Source: Entomortierella parvispora E1425 (taxonomy: Eukaryota; Fungi; Mortierellomycota). From it: a stretch of DNA of 64,000 nt. How positions within the stretch are numbered: position 1 is the stretch's first letter; each line of letters opens with the position of its first letter. The notes under the pieces are model-generated. The model searched no databases. It saw nothing but the letters and a program-made list of their open reading frames with translations, and was not told the DNA's origin. The position numbers and the translations under genes were made by a program. The DNA lies in contig BQFW01000014.1 in assembly GCA_020891255.1 (NCBI GenBank), forward strand, positions 186,001 to 250,000, in the 5' to 3' direction. Shown here piece by piece: positions 1-14,368 of this stretch.

Positions 1-246
1 ACGCACGAGAGGCGACAGAGAAAGGAAGCCTTTTTTCTTTTCTTCTTTTTGTTCTTTCCTGTCTGGCCCTCCATTGCATTCCCATCTTGCTCTTCTTTCT
101 TCTCTCCATTCCGTCTTCCCATCCCCTTCACCCCCTCTCGGTATCCATCCCCCTAACAAAAACCTTGCGGAACTACAAACAGTCAAAAACAGGAGCCACC
201 CACCGTAGATTCAACCCCCTCGTAACGGGCATTAGAAGCAGCCACC

Positions 247-2820
247 ATGGGCATCCAGATCTACGACTTCGTGTCGTTCTTCTTCACTATAATGCTCGAC
301 ATCTTCTTTCGGGAGATTCGACCTAGAGGAGCACACAAGATCCCTCAAAAAGGTCCTGTCATCTTTGTCGCTGCACCTCATGCAAATCAGGTATTGAATC
401 CTAATACATTTCATGGAGCAACGTAAACCCATTTTCGTTGTCTCGACCTGCTGACATGAGGACCAGTCTATAACATAAATGGGAGGGAGACCCATGCCAG
501 AGGTATGAGCGTTGACAGAAATCCAGTTCTAATTGCGAATTCTGCTGATCGGTGTTGCTAGTTTGTTGATCCTCTCGTGTTGATGCGCGAATGTGGTCGG
601 AGAGTCTCGTTTCTTGCGGCCAAGAAATCCATGGACCGTCGTTGGATTGGAGCTATGGCAAGGGCGATGAACGCCAGTAAGTGCCTCGTATACCCTTCAC
701 CCTGTTCTTTTTTATCTTACTCATGGTATGTGCATGGAGGCCAATTCCTTTCTTGACGTTTATTTTCTTATCTAGTCCCGGTGGAGCGCCCTCAAGATCT
801 GGCGAAATCAGGATCAGGAACTATCAAATTGCAGGATCGCAGAGGAGAGCCTCTTCGTATTACTGGACTCGGTACGAAGTTCACCAAGGAGCTCATGGTG
901 GGGGATCAGATCTCACTCCCCAAGGATGTTGGAACATCAGCTGTGGCAGAGATCATTTCTGATACCGAATTGATCGTCAAGAAGGAGTTCAAGGAGCTCA
1001 AGGCTCTCGAGTTATTAACTTTGCCCGAAGGAACGAAATACAAGTGTATGCCACACATGGATCAGAGTAATGTCTACAAGACTGTCTTTGAGCGACTCAA
1101 TGCTGGACACTGCGTGGGTATTTTCCCTGAGGGAGGATCACACGATCGCGCAGAGATGTTGCCTCTAAAAGGTAAGCGTTATTAGGGGATAAAAGTAATT
1201 CTGAAGAAAGTAATTCTGAAAATGAGGTGAAGGACAGCCACTGATCTAAGGCCATTTTTTTATATTACAGCTGGAGTGACCATCATGGCACTTGGCGCAT
1301 TGGCCGCCAACCCATCTTTGGACCTCAAAATTGTCACCTGTGGACTCAACTACTTCCACCCTCATCGTTTCCGTTCACGCGCTGTGGTTGAATTTGGCGA
1401 GCCATTGACTGTCCCGCCAGAACTTGTGGAAATGTACAAGAAAGGCGGTGCGGAGAAGCGTGAGGCCTGCGGAAAATTGTTGGACACTATCTATGAGGCC
1501 CTTCGAGGCGTGACCCTGAACGCTCCTGATTACGAAACGTTGATGGTGATCCAGGCCGCTCGACGACTTTATAAGCCTACACATCGCAAACTTCAAATCT
1601 CTCAGGTTGTGGAACTGAACCGCCGATTTGTCGCTGGATACATGCACTTCAAAGACAACCCAAAAGTGATCGAAGCCAAGGACAAAGTCATGCATTACAA
1701 CACTCAACTTCGGTACCATGGACTTCGGGACCATCAAGTCAACATCAAGACAACGAGAAGACATGCAATCGGAATGCTTCTCTCTCGCGTGATCCAAATG
1801 ATCTTTTTGAGTTGTTTGGCCCTTCCTGGAACTTTGATGAACCTTCCTGTTGCTATTGTCGCTCGCGTGATCAGTAACAGAAAGGCAAAGGAGGCACTGG
1901 CAGCATCGACGGTCAAGATTGCAGGTCGTGATGTTTTGGCGACATGGAAACTGTTGGTTGCCCTCGGTTTGATGCCGGTCCTTTATTTCTCGTATTCAGT
2001 CCTGGTCTTTATCTATTGCGGCAGATTTGATATCTCATTCACCTCCCGTCTCCTCATTGCCTGGGCAGCTTGGGCATGCATTCCTTTCGTGACATATGCC
2101 AGCATTCGATTCGGAGAGCAGGGTATCGACATCTTCAAGTCAATCCGTCCTTTGTTTTTGTCGATTATCCCAGGAGAGGAGAGCACGATCAATGATTTAC
2201 GTGCGGCGCGTGCTGAACTTCGAAAGACCATCACGGACCTTATCAATGAGTTGGCGCCAGAGATCTACCCCGATTTTGACTCGACCAGGATTCTGGATCC
2301 ATCTCCCAACGATAGGCCAAGCCGTTCTGTGTCTGGAACCAACCTTGCGCAGACTATTTTCAACACTGCTGCCCTGCCGATCAATCAGTGGCTGGGCAAA
2401 GATGGTCGGTTTGAATGGGAGCGTGCTGAGGATTCGGATGATGCGGATGATGTCTTTTTCTTTTTGAACCCAGCTCGAGTAACAGGACAGGGTCGGTCAA
2501 GGGCTTCCTCTTGGGGAGGTGTGTATACTCCTGCAGGCGATGGGTCGAGATCCAGGAACCGTAGTCGAACTAGTAGCTTCACTTCAGGTCAGATTCAGCT
2601 AGGAGAAGGATTCAAACTCGAGGCGCTGACAGAACTTCCGAAAGACAAGCCATTTGCCGAGGTAACAAGACGACTTAGTTTGAGTCGGCGAAATCGCTAT
2701 GGTCTCGAGGGCATGACGCGGTCCTCTGATACAGACGACAATGATAGCAACTCTGGATTCCACTCTGGCGCATCCACACCTCCAAGTGTAGCTGAGCCAG
2801 TTCATCCCAAAGACGCGTGA
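247..2820 (+). CDS. Glycerol-3-phosphate O-acyltransferase (fungal Sct1/Gpt2-type GPAT), 4 exons
   Basis: Exons 247-390, 562-676, 776-1171 and 1271-2820 join in frame through GT-AG introns. Acyltransferase motifs HANQ-FVD (HX5D), FPEGGSHD and FRSRAVVEFG; C-terminal TM segments. Confidence 0.93.
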
Positions 2821-3137
2821 GGTTTTTGTTTTTTTCTGCACGTTCTTATTTTTTTTTTCAATCCCCCAAAATAAAAAAATAAATGAATTGTAAATCGGCC
2901 CCGGAGGAGAGTCTCTCGGAGAACGCGGTGTGCTCAGGTGCAAGTGACTGATATGTCCTTTTATTAACATATGGAATGGTCTTTAAGTCTTGTCCTTTTT
3001 TTTTTTTTTTTTTGGCAACATGCACCATGGCCCAAAATTTCGTCACGTGATCTCGAAATACATCGGATCGTCACGTGAATTTGATGAAATCATTTCGGAA
3101 TATAGATGTCTAGAGACATCGACCCTCAACAATTCAG

Positions 3138-3210
3138 GCCCGGCTAGCTCAATCGGTAGAGCGTCAGACTCTTAATCTGAAGGCTGTGGGTTCGACCCCC
3201 ACGTTGGGCG
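3138..3210 (+). tRNA. tRNA-Lys, anticodon CTT
   Basis: 73-nt cloverleaf: GCCCGGC/GTTGGGC acceptor stem, GCTC/GAGC D stem, TCAGA-CTCTTAA-TCTGA anticodon arm, GTGGG-TTCGACC-CCCAC T arm; T-run downstream. Confidence 0.97.
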
Positions 3211-3596
3211 CTTGAATTTCCATCTTTCTTCCTGTTCAACAGGAAAGAAGATGGTATAACTTTTGGCGTTTTCGATGAACGGGTATTCAGATCCGTCTCG
3301 AGAGCTCACGCTGGAAGATCTACATTTTAATTTGTTCGGTGGTCAGCTATTGGATCACTTTTACCACAAGCAGGACCTCAAAGTCGAAACGACGCGACCA
3401 TGCTCTAGCCAGAGGCTGAACCCTCTGCCATGCAATCTCTCGTCGCGAAAGAGTGCAAGAATCGTGGAATTGGAAAGAGATATTGCAAATCGGTACTTAT
3501 TGTAATTGCTATGAGATGCATTCAGCAGGTGGGTCGGTAGGGTAAGGACTGGTACACAGCAAAGTGCTTTGCTCGATGACAACCCTTCTTGTACTT

Positions 3597-4866
3597 TTAA
3601 GCATCCTCCTTGACTCGGAAACGAGTATCAGGAGTTCTGAAATAAGTCGAACTCACAGGCTTGACTGTCTCCCAATCCTCATCAAACGCGTCAATCATGG
3701 ATTGCCGCAAGGGGCCCTTGTTCTTAAGATTCTCCTCCAAATGTTGGAGGCTGGACGCTCCAAGAATGATGCCATCCTTAGCCGCCAGTCCTGAATGGTG
3801 CTTCATCCAACGTAATGTCGCCTCCAGTAACGGGATCTTGTTGACCTGAGAAGCCTTTGGATCATTCCAGTAGTGGCCGCGGAATCTGTAGTAAGAAGGT
3901 GAGTGGCAAAGGACAAAAGGATAGAGAGACAGAGAGAGAGGAGCAGAAAAAAAAACAAAGACTTACAAAGATCCATAGGCAGTTTTAGGGTCGTAACGAG
4001 AACCCTCGGCGACTTCATCAAACCGATACTTGCCCGAGAGAAGGCCGCCAGCGATGGGGTTGTAAGCATAGAAGGAAATGTTCAAGTGCTCCAAGCATGG
4101 CAGCAGTTCTGGGACAACTGCACGGGCAATGGGGTTGCACATTCCCTGGTAAACAGTCGGGAGATCTGCTTGCAAATTTGGTGGATCAGTACCACTTGCC
4201 AAGAGGCGTAGTTTGAGACTCCAAACTGAATGGAAGGCATCACAAGGGCAAAGACAGATGCATGTTGTCAGAATTAAGAGATACAATAACGTTGATCCTT
4301 GTTTGATTGTCAAGGTTTTTTTTTACCCGATCGCAGAGACGCTCTTTGTAGAGGGCATCAACAGCCTTGAGTGTTTCTTCAAGCGGGGTGACGAAATCGG
4401 GTGCGTGGAGGTAAAACAAGTCGACCTTGGGTACCTTGAGTGCCTCGAGGGACTCTCGGAATTGTTTTGGTAGGTTCGTGGCACTGAAGGCACCCTCTGC
4501 AAATGGAAAGGCCTTGGTGGCCATTTTCAAATGAGCGTTGGGCAATTGACTCAGGACCACCTCTGTCTCGCCTCCACCATAGACGCGAGCCGTGTCAATC
4601 TCGACATGTCCATAGGCTGCAATGGTCTTTAGAAACGGACCCACGTTCTCGGCGCCTCGGACTCGGATGAGGGATATTGCGGCCTTTGTCTCGAAGTCCG
4701 AAGGTCATGGTGCCGGATTGAAAGACGTGCTGGATTGAAAGACGTGCCGCAAAAAAAAAAAAAAAGAGGAATATGAGAAAAGGATACGTTGATTGCTTGA
4801 CCTTCATTGGAGACGATCGTACCCAAGGATGACACGAGGGGTATTCGTATTATTGGGAGTCATCAT
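3597..4866 (-). pseudogene. Aldo-keto reductase (AKR7/aflatoxin B1 aldehyde reductase-like), disrupted
   Basis: AKR7 motifs ILG/TMTFG, EIDTARVYGGG, VDLFYLHAPD, FGVSNY, PTVYQGM, YAYNPIAGGLL, LRWMKHHS and IILGASS are present. There is a +1 frameshift near 4693, a frameshifting deletion near 4163, a 17-bp duplication over the first splice acceptor (4714-4747), and apparently shortened segments in the last exon. Confidence 0.8.
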
Positions 4867-5727
4867 GGCCCTTTTTTGATTACAGCTGAGGAAGATCGAT
4901 GGGAAAGGTGTGGAAGGACGAGGAAGAAAGTCAGTGAGGAGGGATACAAAAGAAAAGGACGTAAATGTGGCAGCCCTTTTTATACCCGCTCTGGCGGGAT
5001 TGTCCAACCAAAGGGACTTAACTCCAATCCGGAATACCACAACGCATGCTGCCAAAGCAGCAACTGCGAGGTCCAAACAATACCTTGACATCTCGCTTTG
5101 TTCTTCGACAACAAATTGTTTGGGTCAATAGAATCAAAGAAACCGAATGAGCAATGACACCTCCCAACACGGATGTCAGCTCAACCTCTTCAGAGTTATC
5201 GCCTTTTCCTGGGGTTTCTCAGCAAGGATGTGCTCTTGTAGTCGAACAAGATGGAGAAATTCTGGAAGATATTGTCAATTGACATCCCCTCTGCTTCTCA
5301 ATTGGATTTGGTAAAGGGGTGCATGCCAGGAGACGGTAGTTTTTTTCAGTAACGGGCTTCTTTGACTAATCATGTCCACTGATAGATCCCTTCCTGTGAA
5401 TGTCTGCCACCAGTGCAAACGCAGCCACCAGATCGAGGCTTCTACTCTTTGTGCATTACGCCTCCACGCGTCGATTGGCGCATCAGATGTGTCAGTTGAG
5501 ATTTTTTTTTCGGGCTCACTTGGCCATTTGGCATCGGTTGACATGACCATCGGTTGCTGAATGTTGTTATCTGCGGGTTTATTCAGTTTTTTTGTTACAT
5601 TGCGAAGAGATTCTACATCTAATGAAAACGGGGAGAGAGGAGAGGGTAAAAACGGGATAGCAAGAATGCAGGAAAAAGGGTAAAAAGAAAGGGCGCAATG
5701 AGAAGTGCGGAGAGCAAGGTACAGCTT

Positions 5728-8700
5728 TCAGTCGTCTTCAGATTCAAAGACAGCCTGGCAGAGTCTCTCAACACACAGTTCATAGTTGGCAGGGTTATGA
5801 TCTGTAAACATGGATCGCGCAAACTGCAGTTCACCAAACCGATCTTCCACGTGGTCAAATCGCTTCATCGAGACCTTGTAAGCCGTCTTGGGCACAGTGG
5901 GGGCCACGAACGGTTTTGAAGGTTCGGGGGTTGGCGTCGCGCTCCGACCAAAAGGTGAGCTTGGGCGGAAGCCACTGGCAAATGAAGCCGCTGCTGAAAC
6001 TGCTGCTGACGCCGAAAAGGATTTCGTGAGGGGCACAGAGCTGGCGGCCGAGGAACGAGAGGCCATAGTGGCCGCAACATTTCCAGTCGTTGTGGCCAGT
6101 TTCGACGTTCCCTCAGGGACGATGGTTGTGGCGATGGATTCGACGAGGTAGACTGGCGTAGGTGGGTATAATTTGTCTGATCCCATGTCGGCACGCATGG
6201 TCTTGATCAGGGACCACGACCAGTCCTGATCCTCGGCTTCCTGTAATTGCCATCGGTCATATTCAGAGTACATGGGCATACTCTGGGATCTCTTTGGTGT
6301 ATCATTTTTGGGTTCACTGTTGGCAGCAGAGGATCCGTTGGTGGCCACGGCAGGGGAGCTGAAGGTGTGCGCTGTTGGTTTGTCGCCTTCTGGGGGTCGT
6401 GGTGGAGCATCTGTTTTGTTGGAAGAGGTCCCGATCACAAGCCTCTTCACGATATCCTCCACAACTGAGCCTTCCTCGTGCAAAGTGACCGCCACATTCT
6501 TGAAGTCCTTTAAAAGTCCCAGACTCAAAGTCGGTACAAGGTCGTACTGGTGAACAACTGTTGTGACCAATCCCTGACAATACTTGGAAAGAGGAAGAGA
6601 CATTACACAGGGTGGCCCATAGGCGTAACAGTGGATAGGTCTCCCTGCTGGTAGGCCGGATCCTGGCGAGGTCACGAAAGGTGTAGTGATCTCGGGGTAT
6701 ATAATTCGAGTCCTCGTTCGTGATCGAGAAGATTTCCTGCCGCGGCTGGTTTCCAGTTCTTCGTCGCTCGAGTCCTCTTGTTCTTCAACGTATTGCTCAA
6801 ACTCGTCGCTCTTCATCGACCAAAGCAAAGTCAGGATCGCAGCCACGCCTCCGCCGAGCGAGTGTCCGCAGAGGACAACACCATACTCTGGATAGTCCTC
6901 CAATGCCTTCTTGATAGTCTTGAAAACTGTGGAGGTGGCAAGAGACAGCAGTCGCGCCGATGCATGCATACCCGCATGCACCTTGTACTTGGACTCGGCG
7001 TTTTGATCTCCACGACTTCCTGGCGATTTTGGGGAGGGAAGAACAAGGTCATCGTAGTGTGCGCAAAGATCCGTAAGCACATCCGAGAGTCCCAATGTTC
7101 CACGACAAGTCAAAACAACGCACTGTGCTCCGTGATCGAGGTTAATGTAGTGTACGAGCGAGTGCATCTTGGGTGCCTGGAACCCGCCCTTGGTTCCTGG
7201 GTCCGTGAATGAAGAAAGAAGAATCGAGTCGAGCGGTGTTGAAGTATGGGTGGCAAAGGCGTGATGGTTCGGGTGGTCTCCATAAGGTGAGTAAACAGAA
7301 TCTCCAATGACGCCTATACCCAAAATTCGCATGAAATTGTGTCCATAACTCGCAGAGGCATAGCGCATGAACCGTTGAATGTTGCGGACAAGGTGATCTC
7401 TTGGGAAATTGGCTGGATTAGGTTCCTTGGGCTCCTTTGGAGGGGGTGGCGGCCGAGAGTCCTCGTCATCTTTCAATTCCTGTATCTTTGCTGGTGTTGG
7501 GGTAGCTCCGCGGTCTGGCAACGAGTTGTCAGAGTCATTTTTGGACTCGTCCACTTCCGTGATAGTCATCCTGGGGCCGTGTGATTCTGATTTTCTGCCC
7601 GCGGTGACCTGCTTTGTCATCTTTGAGAAGAACGAGCGACCAAACTTCTTCCCAGAGAGACCATTTTTCAGTCCAAACTTGTCGCCTTGCTTCTTTTCCA
7701 AAGGAACATCATACGAGACGGTAGCATTCATCTCCATTTCCATGGTAGAAGTCATCTTGGAGAGGTTGCTGACTTCAATCCAGTCCGTGTCATCCTCTGA
7801 CCAGTCCAAAGAGTCACGAGCTTCGCTTGATCTGATTTCCCGCTCCTGTGTTCTGGAGAGGACCATGCCGTCCGTGTCGCCGCACACTTCAACTCGTTGG
7901 TTCTTTTTGAATTTTTTGGTCACGGTCGAAAACATCAGTCGAAGGTTATTGTTGGCGTTGCGATGGCCTTCTGTGGATAAAGACTCTGATGGGCCAATAC
8001 TGCCATTGGCTGTAGAGGTAGAGTGCCGAGATTTGCCATTCATAGTTCCCTGCGGAGTGCTGACGATGGATGTGGTGGCGTATTGAGTAAGAGTGGTGGC
8101 TACTGAGGCAATCGAAGAGACCGAGCCTCTCCTGGATCTTGTGCTGATGGCCAAGGACGTGCTCGCGCCCCTCGTGCTCGAGGCTGTCTCAATCGAAGAG
8201 GGATAGTGTCCTTGCTGCTGTCCTGAGCCATGGTTATCTCTGGCATTTTGAATTGGCGGTAGTGGCTTTTGAAGTTTCGAGAGGTCTGCACCTGGTCTTA
8301 CAAATGTTTGTGTGGTTGTAGTCGTCAATGTCGTTGTAGTCGTTACCTGTAGAATGTCGGCGCCCAAGACACGTTCGATCTGAGTTGTGGTCATGTCCTG
8401 TGTGACATCGTCCGGGTCGGTGACGAGGGCATTGGAGAGATCGTTCAGCAGATCGCCAGAGTCGTCATCCTCGTCTCTGTTGGGGCGAGAGAGCGTGAGC
8501 TCTGTGGACTCCTGTCCCAACTTTTTTGGTTGAGTAACAACGACGCCCTCATACACAAGCATGGTCCTGACTGATTTTTGAGTCCGTTTGTGAGTGGCGG
8601 CCTGAAGGCAGGCAAAGACTGTGATAGCTTTGGTGATGGAGGCCAAAACGGCCATTTTTCCCGAGTTCGTAATGGCGAATTCCTGATCCTCATACACTTC

Positions 8701-10148
8701 CTTCTTGACCAGACCAACGACGGCTGCCAATGCACGCGATGTTTCTGTGGACCCAAAGAGTCCATCGACGACCCTCACGGATTCTTCAGCTGTCTATAAG
8801 TGGACCATGGAGATTGCAGCTCGTGATTAGCAAACACGTCAAAAAAAAAAGAGCTCCGAATTCCGAATTGAATAAAAGCTACGCCCAACCAGCAAGCCAT
8901 TCCTCTGCCCGTGGAGTCCCAATAAAAGCACATGCTGAGCCAACACGAAAGAAAAGCAAAGTGACAGCATGTTGATGCTAGCTCTAGTCCTATGCCTGGT
9001 GGCCCGACCTTTTTTTTTGTAGCAGAGCCTTTTGTCGATCGATATATCGCAGCAGCTCTCTTTGCCACAAGACCAGGGCTTGTTTTGTTGACGCACATGC
9101 GATTGGCACTAAAAAGTTCAACGATGATCATCCGCCCGTTCCTAACACACAAAGACAGGCGAAATCGAAACTTGGTCCTCCCTCTTCGGTCCTTTCTCCT
9201 CCTCCCCCTTTTCAAATGATTTCCTCCTGACACTCATTGACAGGGAGTCGGTGCAACTTTCCCCACATTGTCAACACCCCACACTCACGGTACGTTCAGG
9301 CATCATCCCCTGGAATTCATATTGCCATCAGGCGCAGTGTTTGTAAACCCCAACAAAAAAAAAAAAAAGGAATAAAAAAATAAAAAAACATGCAGATGCT
9401 GCAAGCAATCGAACCATCAAAAAAAGATGGCTGGGATTTGGGAGATCGCAGGACGAGCAGTACGTTACCTTAATGCCAGCCGTCAAGGTTGTGGAAACCA
9501 GTTGGAGACCCGAGATCGCAAAGAGCTCTGCGAGGGTGAAGGAGTGATGGATAACATAGACACCGAGGTTGGTATATCGGTCCAGCAGATTTGAGAACGC
9601 ATCACTATAATGTCATGCGGCAGAGAACGTGAGTTTTTTTCCCTTGTTGAAACAAACGGTAACCACAGTCCACAGAAAGGGTATCGAGCATATGCGGGAA
9701 TTAAGAAATCTGGTTTACTTTGGTCCAGAGGGTCCCTTGAGGACGCTGAGGATTCTTGCAGTTGAGACGGCGGCGAGGAGCGACCTCCTGCTGATGCCCA
9801 GGGTTGCTGTGGTACCATGCTGCAGGGTTTCGAGTAAGGCCTGGGAGAGTTTGTATCCAGCAGAGCACAAAAAGAGGGTAAGGGTTAGACAAGGGTGGAT
9901 GGCTGCATCCTCGGGCAGCGATCTGGTCAGGGCAGACCCTGGCGCGTGGAAAGACAGAAGACGAATAGAGGCAGGGGAAGCAGGAAGCCGGTTTCAGGCC
10001 GGTGGACGAATAGGGTGGGTGGGGTAGGCACTATCGCACTTGCCTCGACTATGATGGCCGCGGTCCGGAGGGAGACCCTGGCCCCGAGACTGACGGTCGA
10101 GATGAGGGTGGCAATGGACTGGGGCAGGAAGGTGTTGGAGACCTCCAT
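5728..10148 (-). CDS. Lipase class 3 domain protein (diacylglycerol lipase-like), 4 exons
   Basis: Exons 10148-10044, 9840-9719, 9604-9469 and 8793-5728 are in phase; intron 1 is GC-AG. Motifs LTCRGTLGLSDVLTD, VHAGM, GHSLGGG (nucleophile Ser), DLVP (Asp) and FTDH (His). Confidence 0.88.
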
Positions 10149-10639
10149 GGGGAGAAGGTGGTAGGGGAATGAAGGAGAGAAGGAGAAGGAGAGTGGAGAG
10201 AGCCGTCAGAATGAGTGGGATTGTGTGCAGGGAAACGGAAAGGGAAAGGGAAAGGGAAAGAGGGAAGGGGAGGAGAGCCGCGGGAAGAGGAGGAGGGCAA
10301 GATGGAAAGAAGAAGGAAGAGAGAGAAGGAAGGTTAGTCAACGCTAGTGAGCGGAGGATGGGGAAGTATGCATGCATTCATGGCCACTGGCTGACCGACT
10401 GGCTGTGTCTCCCATTCATGAATGCATGCAATGCATGCATGCATGCAACTGAAGACAAGACCTTGAAGGTTCCTGGTGACGTCCCTTTTTTTTCTGTTCT
10501 CTTCTCTCTTTTCTATTTCCCTTTCCCTTCGTTCCCTTCCTTTCTTCTCTTTCTTCACAATCCCCTCCATCACCTCTCTTACTCCCTGTCCCCTTCCTCC
10601 CCCTCTTCACCCCCACTCACCCATCCATCTACTCCCTTC

Positions 10640-12741
<2,102 letters not shown>

Positions 12742-12914
12742 AACAAACTAAAGAACAAAACAACAACCCAGCCAACCAGCCAACCAGCCAAGCCCAAATC
12801 ATCACTACATCCTTTCCCTTTTCTCTCCGCGGAACTGTCAATCCCAATCCTTTTGATTAATAAAAAAGAAGAAAAAAAAAGAAGTTCTTGATGCTGTTTG
12901 TATAGGTTTCTTTT

Positions 12915-14034
12915 CTACGGGGCAGTAGACTCGACGACCTTCTCCACAAACTTGACAACCTTGGGCTCTTCTTCCTGTGCCCTTTGCTCTTTCTCTGGTA
13001 GAACATTATTTTGAGCCAGGGACTCTTGGATCCGTTTCCTCGTTAGCGCCTGCTGCTCCAAGCTGGAGCATCTTCCAGAGCCAAAAAGCGGTGCGATCAC
13101 ATAATCATGGGCAACATTCGAGAATCGAAACGAACGGTCGAAATACCAGGCCAACCAGTACGGTGGCTGCGTGTGTTTCTCGATCGGCTTTCCTACGTTC
13201 CTTCGCACCAGGATGTAAAAGGCCAGGATCATGGGCAGGTTGAAGACCATGAACACTGACCGCGCCAGACGGGAGCGGGAACCTGCACATTCATAGGGAA
13301 CGATGGAGGAGAGGTACCGCTGATAGGCTGGGTCCAGGCCATGATGCGCAGCGCCAGAGGTCAGAAGGTTCTTGTAACGGGCAGAGGGCTGACATTGGGT
13401 CTTGATGGACAGGGGGCGGGCGATCAGTACTTTGGCCGAGATGTGCTCTCCTGCGGTGGAGGCTGCAGAAGAATGGGGCTCATAGACCCTGCAGTCTACA
13501 TCGATCTGATCGTATCCTGTGGGCACATCGTGGCCCCATCCTCCCTATGATACAGAAAGGGGTCAAGAAAAGCTGATTAGGTCTCAAGGTCATGCACAAA
13601 GAGAGCAATTGGCTTTCTTTGTCTCTCTCTTCTTTTGTTCCTCCCTTTACCTCAGACTGAATGATCTTTTGCCAATCGTATTCAGAGATACGATGGACGA
13701 CGCCCTGGAGAACCGGTGGGTATGACTTTTCGGGATGGGTCTCGTCCCAAACGAATTCCTGGCCGAATTTGGTCCGGTCATGGACAAATTGAGCATAGAT
13801 GCGTTGATGCATCCGCGCAGGGTCCATCTTGAGAATCGAGGCGTAGCAGGGTTCGACAAAGGGAAGGCCGCCAATATCGAAGCTGAGCCAGTAGCCAGGA
13901 ACAATCACTGGTCTGGACTCGATTGGCTTGATCTTGCGACGACCCGAGAGGACGGAGGGACACATGTTGCTTCCATAGCTAAGATGCCAGATGGTGCCTG
14001 GAGCAGGCGTGGAAAAAGAGGGAGGTATGGTCAT
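12915..14034 (-). CDS. Gamma-glutamylcyclotransferase-like protein (GGCT/GliK family), 2 exons
   Basis: YGSNM motif, catalytic-Glu segment QSE/GGWG across the intron, PSARYKNLL motif, C-terminal hydrophobic helix. Confidence 0.82.
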
Positions 14035-14368
14035 CGAGAGGTGAAGATGGGGTGAGAAAAAGGAAGAGGAAGAAGAAAAGGAGATGAGTAAAGAGAAAGA
14101 CGTGAAATCGCGTCAGATGGATTGCTTCGTTTAAAAACCAAAATGACCCCTCGCCATGGAGGACTGTGCGCTGCATCTTTGTCCCTTTTCGAAAGGACGA
14201 AGGACTTTGTCCTTCCTTCTTTGTTCCTCTTCTTCGTCTCTCTTTCTCTCTTTCATCTTCTTCGGACATTCCTAATTGAGCAACCCCTGCATCGCTGCAT
14301 CCCTGTTCTGTCTGTCCCTGTCCTCTTCTCTCATTACAGCGAAGCAACTACAAACACACAATTCCCAA

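Noticed and set aside
4705-4707. In-frame TGA in the AKR gene as selenocysteine or readthrough
   Set aside because: The position is not a Cys site, it arises from an out-of-register duplication, and a further frameshift downstream breaks the gene anyway.
5100-5620. Possible decayed coding remnant between the AKR pseudogene and the lipase
   Set aside because: Only short stop-riddled frames; no recognisable motif to support a call.
12776-12812. Short tandem repeats (CCAACCAG here; 15-bp duplication near 1192-1219; 19-bp duplication near 35645-35685) as CRISPR-like or element termini
   Set aside because: No spacers, TIRs or target-site duplications; ordinary slippage repeats in non-coding DNA.
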